Source: Kondoa subrosea (Eukaryota). Taken from it: DNA of 64,000 bases. The notes beneath the pieces are model-generated. The model was not told the origin of the DNA and did not search any database. It was given only the letters and a program-made list of their open reading frames with translations. Below are positions 13,225 to 26,245 of the stretch, in pieces. The translations under genes and the position numbers were made by a program. The DNA lies in NCBI GenBank assembly GCA_039545335.1, contig BCIN01000003.1, forward strand, positions 1,871,941 through 1,935,940, read 5' to 3'. The first letter of the stretch is position 1. Each line of letters opens with the position of its first letter.

Positions 13225-13964
13225 TCAGATGTTGCATTGCTGCGATATTGCTGAGCTATTGCCTAAGCTTGAGACAATCTCTTCTCCATTTTGGTTTTCA
13301 TTTCTGAAGCAACACAGGAAAATTGAGTACTGTTTCAACGAGTTTTGCCGAGGTGACATACCTGCGATTTTGGAGTCTACTAGCACACCGACTTCAGCTT
13401 TTAACGCGGCCATATCATTTTCCAGCTCAGACATGAGATCTAAAACGTATCGTCAGTGCGAGCGATATTAGAAACACGGTTGATCAAACGAACCTGCTTC
13501 AGCGACAATATCCATCGTGCTGACTTTTCGTTTCAGCACGGAGCCTTGCTTCTTGAAGGAAGAAGGAGGTAACATTGCACCATATTGATTAGCAGGACGA
13601 TTGTTCTCTGCCATCGTTGATGGGAGGATTGTTAATGAGCTATTGCTTTATCCGTTACACTCTGAGCAGGAAACTCACCATCCAGACCAATACCAAATCT
13701 CTTGACGGATTCATCAGAGAGAAACTTCCTCAAGGAAGCCGAAGAGGAGCTTCTCATGACTGGGTTGGCTTTAGCTGGACGATCTGCAAAGACGGACAGA
13801 GCGGCCTGTTCAGGTTCGGCGCGTTGAAAGCGATTGAGTCTAGGGGTGTCGCTTCGAGCTTTCTGGATAGCAACAGGCTTGGCAGGTGAATTGAGAGGTG
13901 TAGGCTGCTCGAAGCGAGACCGTAAAGCAGAGACTGGTGAAGATGAGGAGTTTCGATTGTCCAT
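13225..13964 (-). CDS. Hypothetical low-complexity protein with a short coiled coil
   Basis: MDNRNSSSSPVSALRSRFEQP... exon followed by spliceable exons (..KRKVSTMDIVAEA|DLMSELENDMAALKAEVG); 3' end uncertain. Confidence 0.5.
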
Positions 13965-14990
13965 TTCGCTTGTAGGTGCGCGGGAATTGACTGTGACTGA
14001 ATTGGGGCTCTGTTACTGGCCTGTTGTAAGAGCTGTTGGGTGGTTTGAGGTGGTTTTGAAAGAGAGGAATAGGGGACAGTTCGTAAAAATAGGTCCAGGC
14101 CAAGCCTTGACATGTTCATCGCGACGCGACATATTAAAGCTCGAATGGTTGCAAGTAGAGCGACGAAGGCATCAATCCAACGGTACAGAATGGCCTTCTG
14201 AGTGGAAATGCATACAAAGGCAGCAAATGAAGGCAAGTCGGCTGAATACAATGCAGCGCAGGTATCCTCGTCGAGTCTTCATCGCACACCATATCTACCA
14301 GCCCGCAGGGCACTGCGAATTGAGAGGACCTCTGCATGTCTTCTTGCCAAAACCGCGCGAAGGCATATCTTTGACGAGCAACGAGCAGAAAAAGACCAGT
14401 ATGGTGACGCTCAGTAAGGCTGATCGGCGTAATCTTGGTCGACTCCATGTCCGACAGAAAATACAGAAGAGCCTCGCTGCATTCGGAGCAAAGTCGACGT
14501 TTTCACTTTTTCAGGTCCTTCGAATTCATAGGCGCAGGGAAGTGCTTGGATCATTATCGGACTTCTCTTCTTGACTCGTCTCTCTTCGGCATCCGACATG
14601 AAGCTGATGCGAGAAAATCCTTATCACTCCGCATCAGGCTGTTGTTGGTATGTCGCGCCGCGAAGACTTGGTTGCTTCCCTCCTCCCTGCGACTGTCTGT
14701 TCTTTTCGCTTGCGTATGGTTAATGTGCGAGATCTACTGAAGCTTGCCTGGAGCCTGCTTGCGAATAGCCGTGGTCGCGTCTTTCGCTTAATTTACCCCG
14801 ACTTTTTCTCTTTGCTCCGCATTCGACGATCCCTTGTGTTCCTCTCGTCCTGCCTCTACGACCTTGTGATCAAGCGCGTTAGCATTGTCGCTCATTTACG
14901 ACTGATCAATACGAAATGTGAGCAATGAGCATTACTCAATCATCATTCATGGTTTCAGATCTCGTGTGTAGGACCGCTCTACACGCTAAC

Positions 14991-15855
14991 ATGGCGCCCA
15001 ACATGCCACAATCAGTGATCGACGCAGCTCAATTACCGGCTGTGGAAACAGATTCAGCTATTTACTTCTTCGGTCTGTCATTCTGCGAGATGTTCACCTC
15101 AAGTCTTATCAATCTGCGAAGGAATGACTGGACATGCTTATGATTGCTTGAATCAGTGGCATTCTTCTCACTTCCATGATCCAGCTATCCCCAATGCACA
15201 TTTCATAACCGCTGAGCATTACATGTATGTTCTCCATTTACTCATCTGCGTTGGACGAGCTAATACACCTATAGGATGTATACTAAAGCACGTTTGATGG
15301 GTCAGCTAATATCGTTATTTGACTCAAGTGATTACTAAAGTCGAATGCTAGGCGATATGGAAACTGCCAACGCGATCCTGCAATCTTCTACACCTGCAGA
15401 AGCGAAAACGAAAGGCCGAGAAGTGAAGAACTTCAAGCAAATGATCTGGGATGCAGGTAAATGAATTATCTTCATACTTATCAAGGCTGATTGATCTCTC
15501 CATAGCTTGCGATGCTGTTGTGGAAAGGGGCAATTTCCTAAAGTTCAGTCAAAATGAGCAGATGAAGGAAACATTGCTATCGACTGGTGATAAAGAGCTT
15601 ATCGAAGCGTCCCCGAACGATAAGATCTGGGGAGTGGGATTCGATGTGAATAGTCAGTATGACATGATTTCGCGGCTTCGTCTCTGATTGATTCTGTCTA
15701 CAGATTGTCAAGGCAATGAAGCTCACTTTGGACAGAACAAACTCGGTCAAGCGTTGATGCGAGCAAGATCTCGTCTTCAAGCCGGCGAGCATGCAGATCA
15801 CGGACCGGTCGAACAATCTATACAGGGCTCGCCCGGCTGTCGAAGTTGCTGCTGA
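14991..15855 (+). CDS. NADAR (YbiA/DUF1768) family N-glycosidase
   Basis: IYFFG, LNQW, TAEHYMMYTKARLMGD, PAEAK.KGREVKNF, GNFLKFSQN, LLSTGDKELIEASPNDKIWGVG, GQNKLGQALMRAR. Confidence 0.92.
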
Positions 15856-16398
15856 GTGTGCTAATATCTATGTGCAGGGAAAAGCGATGGAGGTGTATAT
15901 AATGTGTTGATCAATCAAGCAAACGAGAAGATGAAAGCATGAATGTTGTATTCTAGTCAAATTACATTGTATTTGCTGTGTTTATACAGCTTCAAGTATC
16001 GAGCATCCTCGTTAATCGGCGGTAGTGCGGCTCAGACATAATTTTGAGGCATGCGAGTGGACCGAAAACGACAGAGGCACAGACGGGAAGACTTCGACAG
16101 CTTATGCGCTGATGAACAGTATCTTATACGACGGATCAGATCTCCTGCTTGTCGCTGTCGCGTTGTAAGCACCAGACGAATATTATTTCTCGATGTCTTG
16201 TCGCCGAACAGTCTTTGGATTATACCATTCTGCATTGATCTAGCCCGCTAGAGATATCTTGCCCATGCTGCCGCAGCTACAACAAAGCTCTGCACCCTCA
16301 ATCGCGTCGAAGCGAAACCTGGTGTCAAGTGTTTCAGAAATACAGTAGAGCAAAGCGAACTCTGGTCTCGTTACGACCAGCGAGTGTAGTCAGGCAAG

Positions 16399-18051
16399 AT
16401 GGGATTCGATCTAGCTAGAGCAGGAGCAGCAGTCATCTTCGTGCGTTCGGTTGAGAAGAATCGTATTGTTTGGCCAAATGCTGTACTTCTCAGATTCTGG
16501 TTCTGGTGTCTTATACGATCCAGACGGAGATGGCCTCGTATATCCAAACACAAAAACATTGGGCTCAACCATATCTTCTGCTATATCTCAGTAGGCTCAC
16601 ATTCCCTTCGTTCAGTGTGTTTCAGATCCTTATCATTGGAACAGCTCACTGTGGCTATATTCTGGTCGCTCCTCTTCATCTGCTCTTCCTGAAATGTCTG
16701 GGTATGCCAACCGGACCAATATTGGAGAAACTGAGAAGTGCTTTCCTGGATCAATTCGACGAAACGGAAGGGCAAGGGGACATTCATCTAGGAGAACCAA
16801 AAGTCTTTGAACAGTGGAGCTTGCGTGCTGGTTTCTCGACGTGGAAGCTAGCGAAACTCTCAACGCTTATGGCTTTCTTGATCGCAAGCCCAGCGCTGTG
16901 TTGGTAAGTCGCGCTGTTGCTAGCTGATAAATTGGCTAATACGGACGCAAAGGTATATATCAGTGCCTTTCACCTCAATGACCGATATTACAGCAATATA
17001 CAACAGTAATGCCTTTTGGGCGTATATCTTTACAATGTTGGTGCTGTATTCCATCTTGAGACTCGAGCTCATCGAGGGCTTCCGGTTTCCAACAGCTACC
17101 TCCTTCGTACAGAATCATGGGAGCTCCATAAAGCACTAGCAGTCATCCTAGCTTGCGTTGGCGTGGTCATTATCGCTTATGGCGACTCTTCTTCAGTTCA
17201 AGAAACACCAACAGGTCCAGCGTCGCGGCTTTTTGGCAATCTAATGGCTTTGGGTGGTTCTCTCGCCTTCGCTCTATATGAAGTTGGATATCAAAAATTA
17301 GCAGCTTTACCCGCCGCTTCAGTTGAGCACAAACACGTTGCTAAACAAGCAAAGAAACCTATTCGACCTCGTATGGATCATCGACGGTCATCTTTACGTC
17401 GACTCAAAGAAAACGGAACACCCAATTCTTATTCGACGGAAGAAGAATCCGAGAACGATGAAGATGATGATGATCTACCAATCCATCCTATCTATATCAC
17501 ACCAGAAGGCAAATTGGATCCTCAAGTATTCTTAGCTCATGCGAATACTATAACTGCTGGAATTGGACTAGCTACCTTACTGATTCTTTGGATCCCGATA
17601 CCGATTTTACATTACACGGGAATCGAAGTGTTTGAATTACCTAGAGATGCGATGACTTACTTGGCTATTGCTGGAAACGTTTGGTTTGGCGTGTTGTTCA
17701 ACGCTGGGTTCATGATGCGTAAGTCCTGAATGCACTCGCTGGATAACGATGAGCGCTGAATCTAGAGCAGTTGTCGGGTTATTTGGCAGTGTTACAGCTG
17801 TGCGTAGACTCTTCTTAAGGAAGGAGGTAGTATATTGAATTTTGCAGTCTGTCGGCAATCTTTGCACTCTGGTATTGGTAGCAATAGTAGATCTACTGCT
17901 TGGAAAACAAGGATTGAGCTTCTCAAGTTTAGTAGGATGCTCGTTGATCGTGGGCGCTTTCGGAGTATTATTGATGAAAGCTTGGAGTGGGGACCCTGAG
18001 GAAAGCGATGAGAAGAAGCACAGGCGGAGAATATCGGTAGAGGAAGCGTGA
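16399..18051 (+). CDS. DMT/EamA-family (SLC35F-like) membrane transporter
   Basis: Multiple TM segments; QPYLLLYL.HS, AIYNSNAFWAYIF, LFGNLMALGGSLAFALYEVGYQK, SVGNLCTLVLVAIVD. Confidence 0.85.
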
Positions 18052-18241
18052 GGCGTCGTGCCTATCATTCCACGGTTGGAAGAAGAGGAAGCGGGCAAAA
18101 TATTAGTTGTAAAGTAGTAGCATTTTCGCAAGTTCTTTGGGCAGAGCATAATTTACATTTCATCCTTTTGATCATCTTTTGCTATCCGTGCCCAAGAATA
18201 CAGAGGAACAGAGGGAAGAGACAGAAAGCTTACCTTATAAA

Positions 18242-19173
18242 TCACACTTTTGGTTTCTGGGAGAGCATGAGCCGCAATGAGCTGAAGGCAGCGAATAGCA
18301 GATCAGTCTCACTTTAGAAGCATCATTGAATCGTTCTTCTCTCTTGCGTTTCTTCTCTTCATCTGCTGCCTTGACTGCTGGGTCGATCTGTTTCTTCGTC
18401 ACTGGAGATGCAGGTGTAGTTTTGGCTGGTGAAGCTGGAGTTTTGGTAGCTGAAGCAGGAGCGGGAGTACTTGTAGCAGCTTTCTCTTTCTTGCCTTTCC
18501 GCTCGCGCTTTTCAGGCAGGGCTTGATCTAGCTTATCGAGAGCCTGTCATGCGCATCAAGAAAAAGATGAGATCGAGTCTGACAGCCTTCTCTATGCCGC
18601 CAACCTGTGTGACTTTCTCGTCTGGCTTTGCTGTCCCAAACCTCTCTGCCCTAGCTTTAGTTTTATCATCTGTTTCTACGGCTCCACCAAATCGTTCTGC
18701 CCTCTTCTTGCGTTTCTCCAATTCATCGTTCGTTCTAGCTTCCTTTTCCGCTGGTGTGAGTTCTGCAGGGGCGGCAGCCGTGTTGGCAGAAGAATCGGGA
18801 TTGGTTGCTGACGGTGCTGGGTCATCTATCGCTACTGCTTTGGCGTTATCTTGCGTTGTCGAGGCTGATGAATTTGTTGGGACTTCAGAGACGACTTGAG
18901 TTGTAGCTACAGTTGTTTTGGTGCCAGCGATGCCGTTGTCGAGCGAGGCTGGGTTGGCGAGTAGTGTTTTGATGAGTTCTGCGCAATACATTATTCAGAA
19001 TGAATCGCACGAAGGGACATAGAGCATACCTGGCTTAGTGCCTACTGTAGACAGACCAGCTGCCACGAGCATCTCCTTGAGTTCAGGGACCTTCTTTGCT
19101 GTTTATGCCAGCATCAGATCTGACGACACACCGCATAGTAAGCTTGCTGACCTTTCAAGCTGGCTTCATCCAT
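18242..19173 (-). CDS. THO1: SAP-domain mRNP protein Tho1/SARNP-like
   Basis: N-terminal SAP (KKVPELKEMLVAAGLSTVGTKPELIKTLL); C-terminal ELEKRKKRAERFG / KARAERFG / KKRKREERF repeats. Confidence 0.85.
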
Positions 19174-19329
19174 GTCTTTAGAGTGTATAAGGGTGACTTA
19201 GAAGGACTAAAGAGGTATACCAGGTCGCTGAAACGAAATAACGAAAGCACTTTATTTAGGCAACTGTTTCTCTGTTGTTGCTCTAGCTCGCTATTGCTGT
19301 GTCACTGGTCTCTGTGTACTTGCTTGTGC

Positions 19330-22300
19330 ATGCCTGAGTTTTCCTCCTTAATTCACGCGGCAAAGCTGCCTGTCACTGCTCTGTGCTGTCTTGATGAATA
19401 CGTGCTCGCTGGCTCTGGTACACTACTCTTAGCTATAGATCTTGTTTCAAGGCACGAGACGAGTTGGAACGTGCTGAGCAAGAATCGTATCCATGTCATT
19501 CTACCACAAAGTGAAGGACAAGGTTTGATTATAGCTGGAGCAAAGGAGCTGGTATATGGCTCGTTGACGTCTTCTCCGTCCGTTCTACAATCTTCTTCCC
19601 GAGTCCGACTAATTTTCTTGCCTTAGACTCTGCTTCACTACTCAACGCAAGCGAAATCTGACCGATTGGATTCTTGCTGCAGCTCATCTGTCGGCAGCGC
19701 ATGTCATCCTAGCAACAGCTTCCAACGCTATCCATCTTCTAGCACTTGAGGATCTGAGTACAACTCAAATCATCAATTGCGCCGAACGACCTTTCGTCTG
19801 GTCTGCTACTTTCTCGCAAAAGTACTACGACAACCTCTCTTCCGTCAAATTGGCAGTCGGTACAATCATTCAAGACGTCCTGATTTGGTCTCCCTCCAAT
19901 TCAAATATAGTGCAAAAGACATTGAAAGGTCACGAAGGCTCAGTCTTCGATCTAGCTTATTCTCCTTCTTGCAAACAAGTAGCTTCAGTTTCAGATGATC
20001 GGACAGTCCGGATATGGGATGTCTCCGGTAGTGATGGAGCAACGGTCCTTTGGGGTAGTCAAGATCGGGTATGGAGAGTCGTTTGGATTGACGAAGAAAC
20101 TTTGGCCAGCGCTTCGGAGGATGCCATCATTATCATATGGAGGAAAACTAAGGGGAAGTGGAATCTGAGCGAGAGGTTGAGAGGACATGATGGCAAATCT
20201 ATCTGGTCCTTAATCGCTCGAGAGGGAGAGCTAATCAGCGGTGGTGCTGATTCGGGAATCAGAAGGTGGAACACTCGATCAGGTACGCGACCTGGGCAGC
20301 ATTTGCAGATGCGCGCTGAGATAGCGCATAGATTCAAATGAAGTATTGGCTGACGATGTTCTAGCTATGGACGATGACGAGGAGGGTCAGACTTCAGTGT
20401 ATATGTCTAGAGATCGGTGAGTCTGAACAGTCTGCAGCCTATTACATGGCGTACACTGATCAATTGTAGTCAGATGCATCTGGTCTATGGTCGGTCAAAA
20501 GATCGCTCGTTGGGAATATCACCAGATATCAGGGCTGGGCTCAGTCTTCACCTCGATCTGCAAAGTGATGTGGTATGGATCATCCATAAAACTGGTCAAG
20601 TTGTCGGCCATAGTATAAGCGACACATCTTCGGTGAGCTTCCCTGTTTTGACAACTGTCCTTTCTAACAGTTGAAGAGCAGATAGCATACGATCTCGGCC
20701 AGGTCATCTCGCATTGCTGCATACAACAGCTCAAAGGTATATAACCAGTAATCGTGCTAATTATGTGCTAAAGTCAAGTCTAAATAGGCGGTACATCCAC
20801 TCTAATGGTCTACAACGCGAGAGCCAAGACTGTATCACTGTATTGTCTTGGAAAGCTTCAGGAGGTACGTGTAGGTATTCATGCTGTCTGCTCTTGCTCA
20901 ATGACAGTAGCCTAGTCTATTGTATAGCCATCTGCTTGGCTTCCAAAAGCCTTTGACCTTCTTTAAACTATCTCCGACTGGGAAATATATATTTCTGGGC
21001 CAAGGCACAGGCAAAGTTGAAGTACTGGGCGTATCAAGTGGTAAGGCTCGATTGGGAAACATCAGTCTTTGGCTGATTTTGTCTTTTTCGGGTCTATAGA
21101 GGATTTACCCACTTCTATACACTCTGGAAAATTGCATAAGGACGGCATCACTGATATACTAGTGCTCCAAGAAGCATTTAATACTTGCGTCTTCGAAACC
21201 ATCGCAAAAGACGGAAAATGGTCTCGACATACGCTGTACAAAGCAGATCAGCAATGGATCATAAGCACCACTATGACTGTTTCCATTGGCTATGATCGTT
21301 TAGAGAAGCTCATCATTACAAATGGCCAGCGATTCTTTGTAGCTCAAAGCGCAGGGCTATTCACTTTATATAATCAGTTTGGAGAAAAGGTTAACCACTC
21401 CGTCGCATGCATGCAAGAATTCGCTAACAGGGTTGTAGCTCTCGACGTATCCCTGTTCTGAGCCTGCTCCGCCGCTGTGGAAGCTTTCGATAGCTGATAG
21501 TACCTGCAAGCTGCTCTACTTGTCGCACGGCACGGTGAGCTCTCAGCTTCGCCCAGTGACCAGGACTCATGCAGATATAGCTCACAAGATCATACTGGCC
21601 ATCATCTACTGTCCTGCGAAATTCTTTTCATGGTCGAGAAATCCGCTGTATTTCTAGCCTTAGGATCGACGAGAAGTTATCTATCCTTGCCACCACTTCT
21701 GAGAACAGCACTCTTCGTATCTCTCGCCTACACCACGACGGAAAACTCGAACCTCTATGTGTCGAGACTGGTCTACGCGATAATGCCAAGTCACTCAACT
21801 GGGTTCAGGAGAACGCTGGAATCTTTCTTTTCGTCACTGGCGTTAGAGAACTGGTCCAATGCTATTCAATAAGGCTCATACAACCTGGCTATCTTGAGGA
21901 AGAAGTTTCCGTCGAGCTTTCGCTACTGGCAGAAGATCGAGTCAGCAGCGATTTGGCAGATCTTCGAATCGTCACCTCCGATGTCTACGTCTCAGAGGTG
22001 CAGCCAAATACAGTGTACCTGTTCTCTGGCTATTCAGAAGGAACGCTCAAAGTTAGTTTTCTATTGACTACCTGTTGTTTGAACTAAAGAAAGCAATAGA
22101 TCAGATCTTTTGATCTTGCGATGCATATCTGGACGACTCTATCTCAATTTCAGATCAGCTCCGATCCAAAATGTATTCTTACAGTCAAGCACTTTGTTTG
22201 CGAGAACGCAGGAAGGAGGAAGCACGTTCTGGCTATTGGCAGTACTACTGGAAGGTGAAATCTTGTGGCCTACTTGTTGTCTGACAAGAGGCTGACAAGA

Positions 22301-22869
22301 GATGCAGAGTTCAATTATATGACGTCTCTCGTTCAATGAACGATGCAAGCGATGCAACCTTGCTCTCCGCATTAGCAATGCACCAGTCGGGTGTCAATTG
22401 TCTTGATGTGCGAGTAGATGGTATGTAAGGTACATCTTTTGAGAGCTTCCTGACCTTTGAGCGCAGATGGCGAAATATCTATCGTTTCAGGCGGCGATGA
22501 CAATCAGATCTCATTCTGCAAGATCAAATCTCATCATATGTTGGATACCCCAAGTTCTGGAACGATAAGCAGATACCCTGGTGCACATGCTTCAGCTATT
22601 CAAGGTGAAGTGACCCTTTCCTTGAGCCAGACTTGAAATAGCTCATGGCATTCACAGGTGTTCGCTTTCTCGATCGGAATACTATCGTATCTGCTTCTTG
22701 GGATCAGCGCTGTAGTATGTGGAAAGCTACCGAAGATGGACTAGAACGAATCAGAAGTCACCTCACTCAAGTTGCAGATTGTAGCAGTATGGATGTTCAG
22801 CTTGAAACGAAAGAAGCATTAGTCACTATTGCTGACACTGGTATTGAGAGCGTTCGAGTGGATTTGTAA
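19330..22869 (+). CDS. TRM734: WD40 protein WDR6/Trm734 (tRNA methyltransferase regulator)
   Basis: PVTAL..., GHEGSVF..ASVSDDRTVRIW, GHDGKSIWSL, FHGREIR, AHQSGVNCL-like, VSGGDDN, QVADCSSM. Confidence 0.8.
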
Positions 22870-23359
22870 AGGCAGAAGAAGCAGCAATTATGGACCTTGC
22901 ATCGGAAACCCTTCTGATCAGTCGAAGGGGAATGTGAGCTCTCATATCCTACCAAGGCCTGATTCTGATGAGCTATTCAGATCAAACTGCTTTGCTATCC
23001 ACCCTACCTATGTCACTTCTTGGGATTGATAGCTCGACAAGCAATGCTCTGGCATACAGATATACGGGTTTGAGCGATGCAGGCCTATGTGTAAACGGGG
23101 ATCTCAAGTCTACAGTGATATTCGAGTATCGATGTAATACTCGATTTGCGGACTAAGCTGGATGTCTGACTAAGTAACTCAACGCACAAGCTGTGCATCG
23201 CGCTGGATTCCCCTGACATGCTTCTCTCGTCAAATGACGCGCCACTTCAACATCTACTTCTGCGTGTTTATTAATTTCTCTCTTTCTCTCCTCCTTCTCA
23301 AACCATTCGCTTCTTCAATCTTCACTGACCCTCACACAGCCTAATCAATCACTTCAATA

Positions 23360-25354
23360 ATGGCAGACGACGTGAGTACAACGCTTTATAAGCTTACTAC
23401 GCTCATTTTCGCTCGCAGAACCAAGAGGGCCAATTCTTCATGTGAGCCTTTCTAAGCAGCTCTACAGATCTCGACTGATCATACATCAAGCTCTATTGAT
23501 GCTCTACAAGAACTCGGAATCTCTGCTGCTGATCTAAACAAAGTCAAAGCGAGCGGAAGTAAGTCATTGTCGCTCTCATCATCTCTCTTTCCTTACACCT
23601 CTATAGTCGCCACTGTACTTGGTGTTCAGCAGTAAGCACTGCTTCTTGTTGCTGTATCATCTCGGAGCGTTATCGTATGCGCAGAGCAACTCGAAAGACC
23701 TTGACCAAAATTAAAGGTAGTGTCTTTCTTGTATGCTCAGTCCCATCTCTCTTACATACATTGAGTAGGCATGAGCGATGCTAAAGTCGACAAACTCAAA
23801 GATGCTGCAAACAAAGTCTTACCTAGCTCTTTCAAGACGGGTGCAGAAGTCGCTAATCACAGACAGAGCGGTAAGTAGCGCTCTCCCAATGCGACACACT
23901 CCGCTGATCTGACTGTATGCAGTCGTCATGATCAGCGTTGGTAGCAAACAAGTTGATGCTATGCTGTAAGTTTCCCTTCCATTGTCGTCTGTTTTATCAT
24001 GTACGTATTGTTTCGCGTAGCGGAGGAGGTGTCTCTACTCAATCCACTACTGAAATCTATGGCGAATTCCGAACTGGCAAAACTCAACTTTGTCACAGTG
24101 AGATATCTTGCCATCTCATTTCTCGCTCTGGCTGATCAAGTGAATCAGCTCTTTGCGTTACTGCACAACAAGACATTGCTGATGGTGGTGGCGCTGGGAA
24201 AGTCGCTTACAGTGCGTTTACTTTTTCTCCTTTAATGGTTGTTGGGATTAACTGGCCAATGTAGTTGATACCGAGTAAGATTACTCTTTTATCATTCAGA
24301 CGGATGCAATTGACATGCGGATATAGAAACACTTTCCGTCCTGATCGAATCAAAGCTATTGCCGATCGCTTTGGACTTGACGGTGAAGCAGCTCTTGAGA
24401 ATGTGAGCTCTTTTGCCTGCAGTCACTTTGATTCACTTACCTGTTTGGTATTCTTCAGATCGTTGTCGGTCGAGCTCTCAACAGCGAACATCGTGAGTTT
24501 CTTCGAGTCGGATTATCGTGCCACCGACCAGATATGACAGAGATGGATTTGATTAATGCTCTCGCTGCAAAGTACGCCGTGGTCTCTTCGATAGTAACGA
24601 AGTTCGCTCATATGTATGCTTTTTGACTGCCATAGATTCGCCGACGAAGGAAGTTTCAAGCTTTTGGTAAGTCTTCCGCCTTGTAGCTTGTACGATAGCT
24701 CATGCTCACTATGCACTATACAGATCATTGACTCTATTCTTGCTTTGTTCCGTGTTGATTTCTCCGGTCGAGGCGAATTGTCAGAACGTCAACAGAAACT
24801 GAATCAGATGCTTGCTCGTTTGACTCGTATCAGTGAAGAGTTCAACATTGCTGGTGCGTTATTTGGAAGCCTATACTAGGTGATCCTCACCGCTTCTTGC
24901 TTGCTCCAGTTGTATATAGTGCGTGTCTGATAGAAACCGGAATTCTTTCGGCTCTGACAAGTGGATTAGCCAATCACGTTCAAGCAGATCCTTGAGTTGT
25001 CTTCTTTCTCTTTTCTGATAACGCGCTCATAAATGGTTGTTCAGTGGTGCTTCAAGCATGTTTGCCGGTGCAGCGGACAAAAAGGTAGACTGCTCTCTAT
25101 ATGGGAACAACCTACATTCAGCTAATTTCTGTTCGTCAACGGCCCGTCGGAGGGCATGTCTTGAGTCACGCTTCTACAACTCGAATTTCTTTGCGCAAAG
25201 CCCGTGGTGAAGAACGTATTGCTAAACTTGCTGACTCTCCCGACCAACCTGAAAGTGAAGCTTCATACAAGGTTGCGCACGTCAATCTACTTCTACCGCA
25301 TATCTGCTTATTCTGATGTGGTAGATTGCTGCTGGCGGAGTCTGTGATGTCTGA
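23360..25354 (+). CDS. DMC1: Meiotic recombinase Dmc1 (20 exons; two non-canonical splice sites)
   Basis: [58 protein letters not shown] (QQKL is Dmc1-type), [22 protein letters not shown]. Confidence 0.92.
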
Positions 25355-25733
25355 GTTTTTCGTTCAAGGAGAAGATTCTGTGATCGTTCCGCCGGCGTTC
25401 TTACTATTCATTGTCGATACCGTTACATTGATATTCCTTCAAGATTCGTGGACCTCAACATGTATTATGAAACATAATAGAACAAATGGCAAAATCCCTT
25501 GAAGCTGCACTATCGATTTCTGCCTTCAATTTCCCTTTCATGCTTCTAGCCTAATCACCTTACTCATTACAATCCTCTTTCATGTTAATTCAGTTTGCTC
25601 TTCGCGAGCATCTATTTGTTCCTTTGTTGTTTAGTCTGGCCGTTTGTCGGTCCATCCCTTTGTAACCTCACAACGCCTGTTGTTATCAATCTCTTCTCTT
25701 TCTTCCTATCATCTACATCCAATTTATCGAGAC

Positions 25734-25991
25734 ATGCCTCTTACCGCTACTATACTAGCGGAAGACAAAAGGCAGTATTCCTTGATTGTTGAACAATTGC
25801 TTCTGCACCATAGCTTCTGCAAGGCAGCCATTTCCTCGAAGGAGGCAGAACGAGCGATGTTAGAACAGGCAACCGTGCTTGCTTGGAAATTGCTGGAGCA
25901 ACCCGAAGCTGAACTTCAATATTGGCGCAAGTCGTGCACTTCAGTTACAACTTTCCGTCAGAGGCTGATACTGCATTACAAAGCCTCCTAA
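25734..25991 (+). CDS. Small hypothetical protein
   Basis: ATG-initiated helical-looking ORF MPLTATILAEDKRQ...ELQYW; 3' structure ambiguous (a possible further exon to ~26085). Confidence 0.35.
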   Translation: MPLTATILAEDKRQYSLIVEQLLLHHSFCKAAISSKEAERAMLEQATVLAWKLLEQPEAELQYWRKSCTSVTTFRQRLILHYKAS

Positions 25992-26245
25992 ATTGAGCAA
26001 GCGCGCAGGAAGCTTGAAAGACAGAAAGGTCAGGCGCATCAACCAATAGTATGGCCCAAGTATAAAGGAGATGTCGTGCCCGCATGAGCATCTTGACGAG
26101 CTAGATCTGTACAATACGTGTTATACGATGCGTATGCTACTTTGTTATGACTTGATTGACTTTCACATGTCTCTGAGCCCATTATATCTTCATGCGTTTT
26201 GAGGCTTCTCCTACTTCAGCAACGTCTCAATACCTGTGCATAGGA

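Noticed and set aside
13834..14574. 246-aa plus-strand ORF
   Set aside because: Non-ATG start, no domain, partly antisense to a better-supported gene; not called as a CDS
24992..24994. A-to-I editing of the in-frame TGA in DMC1 as a rescue mechanism
   Set aside because: Read-through of the 53-nt intron, or splicing at the next GT, is out of phase with the following exon; A-to-I cannot create GT from TT or AG from GG
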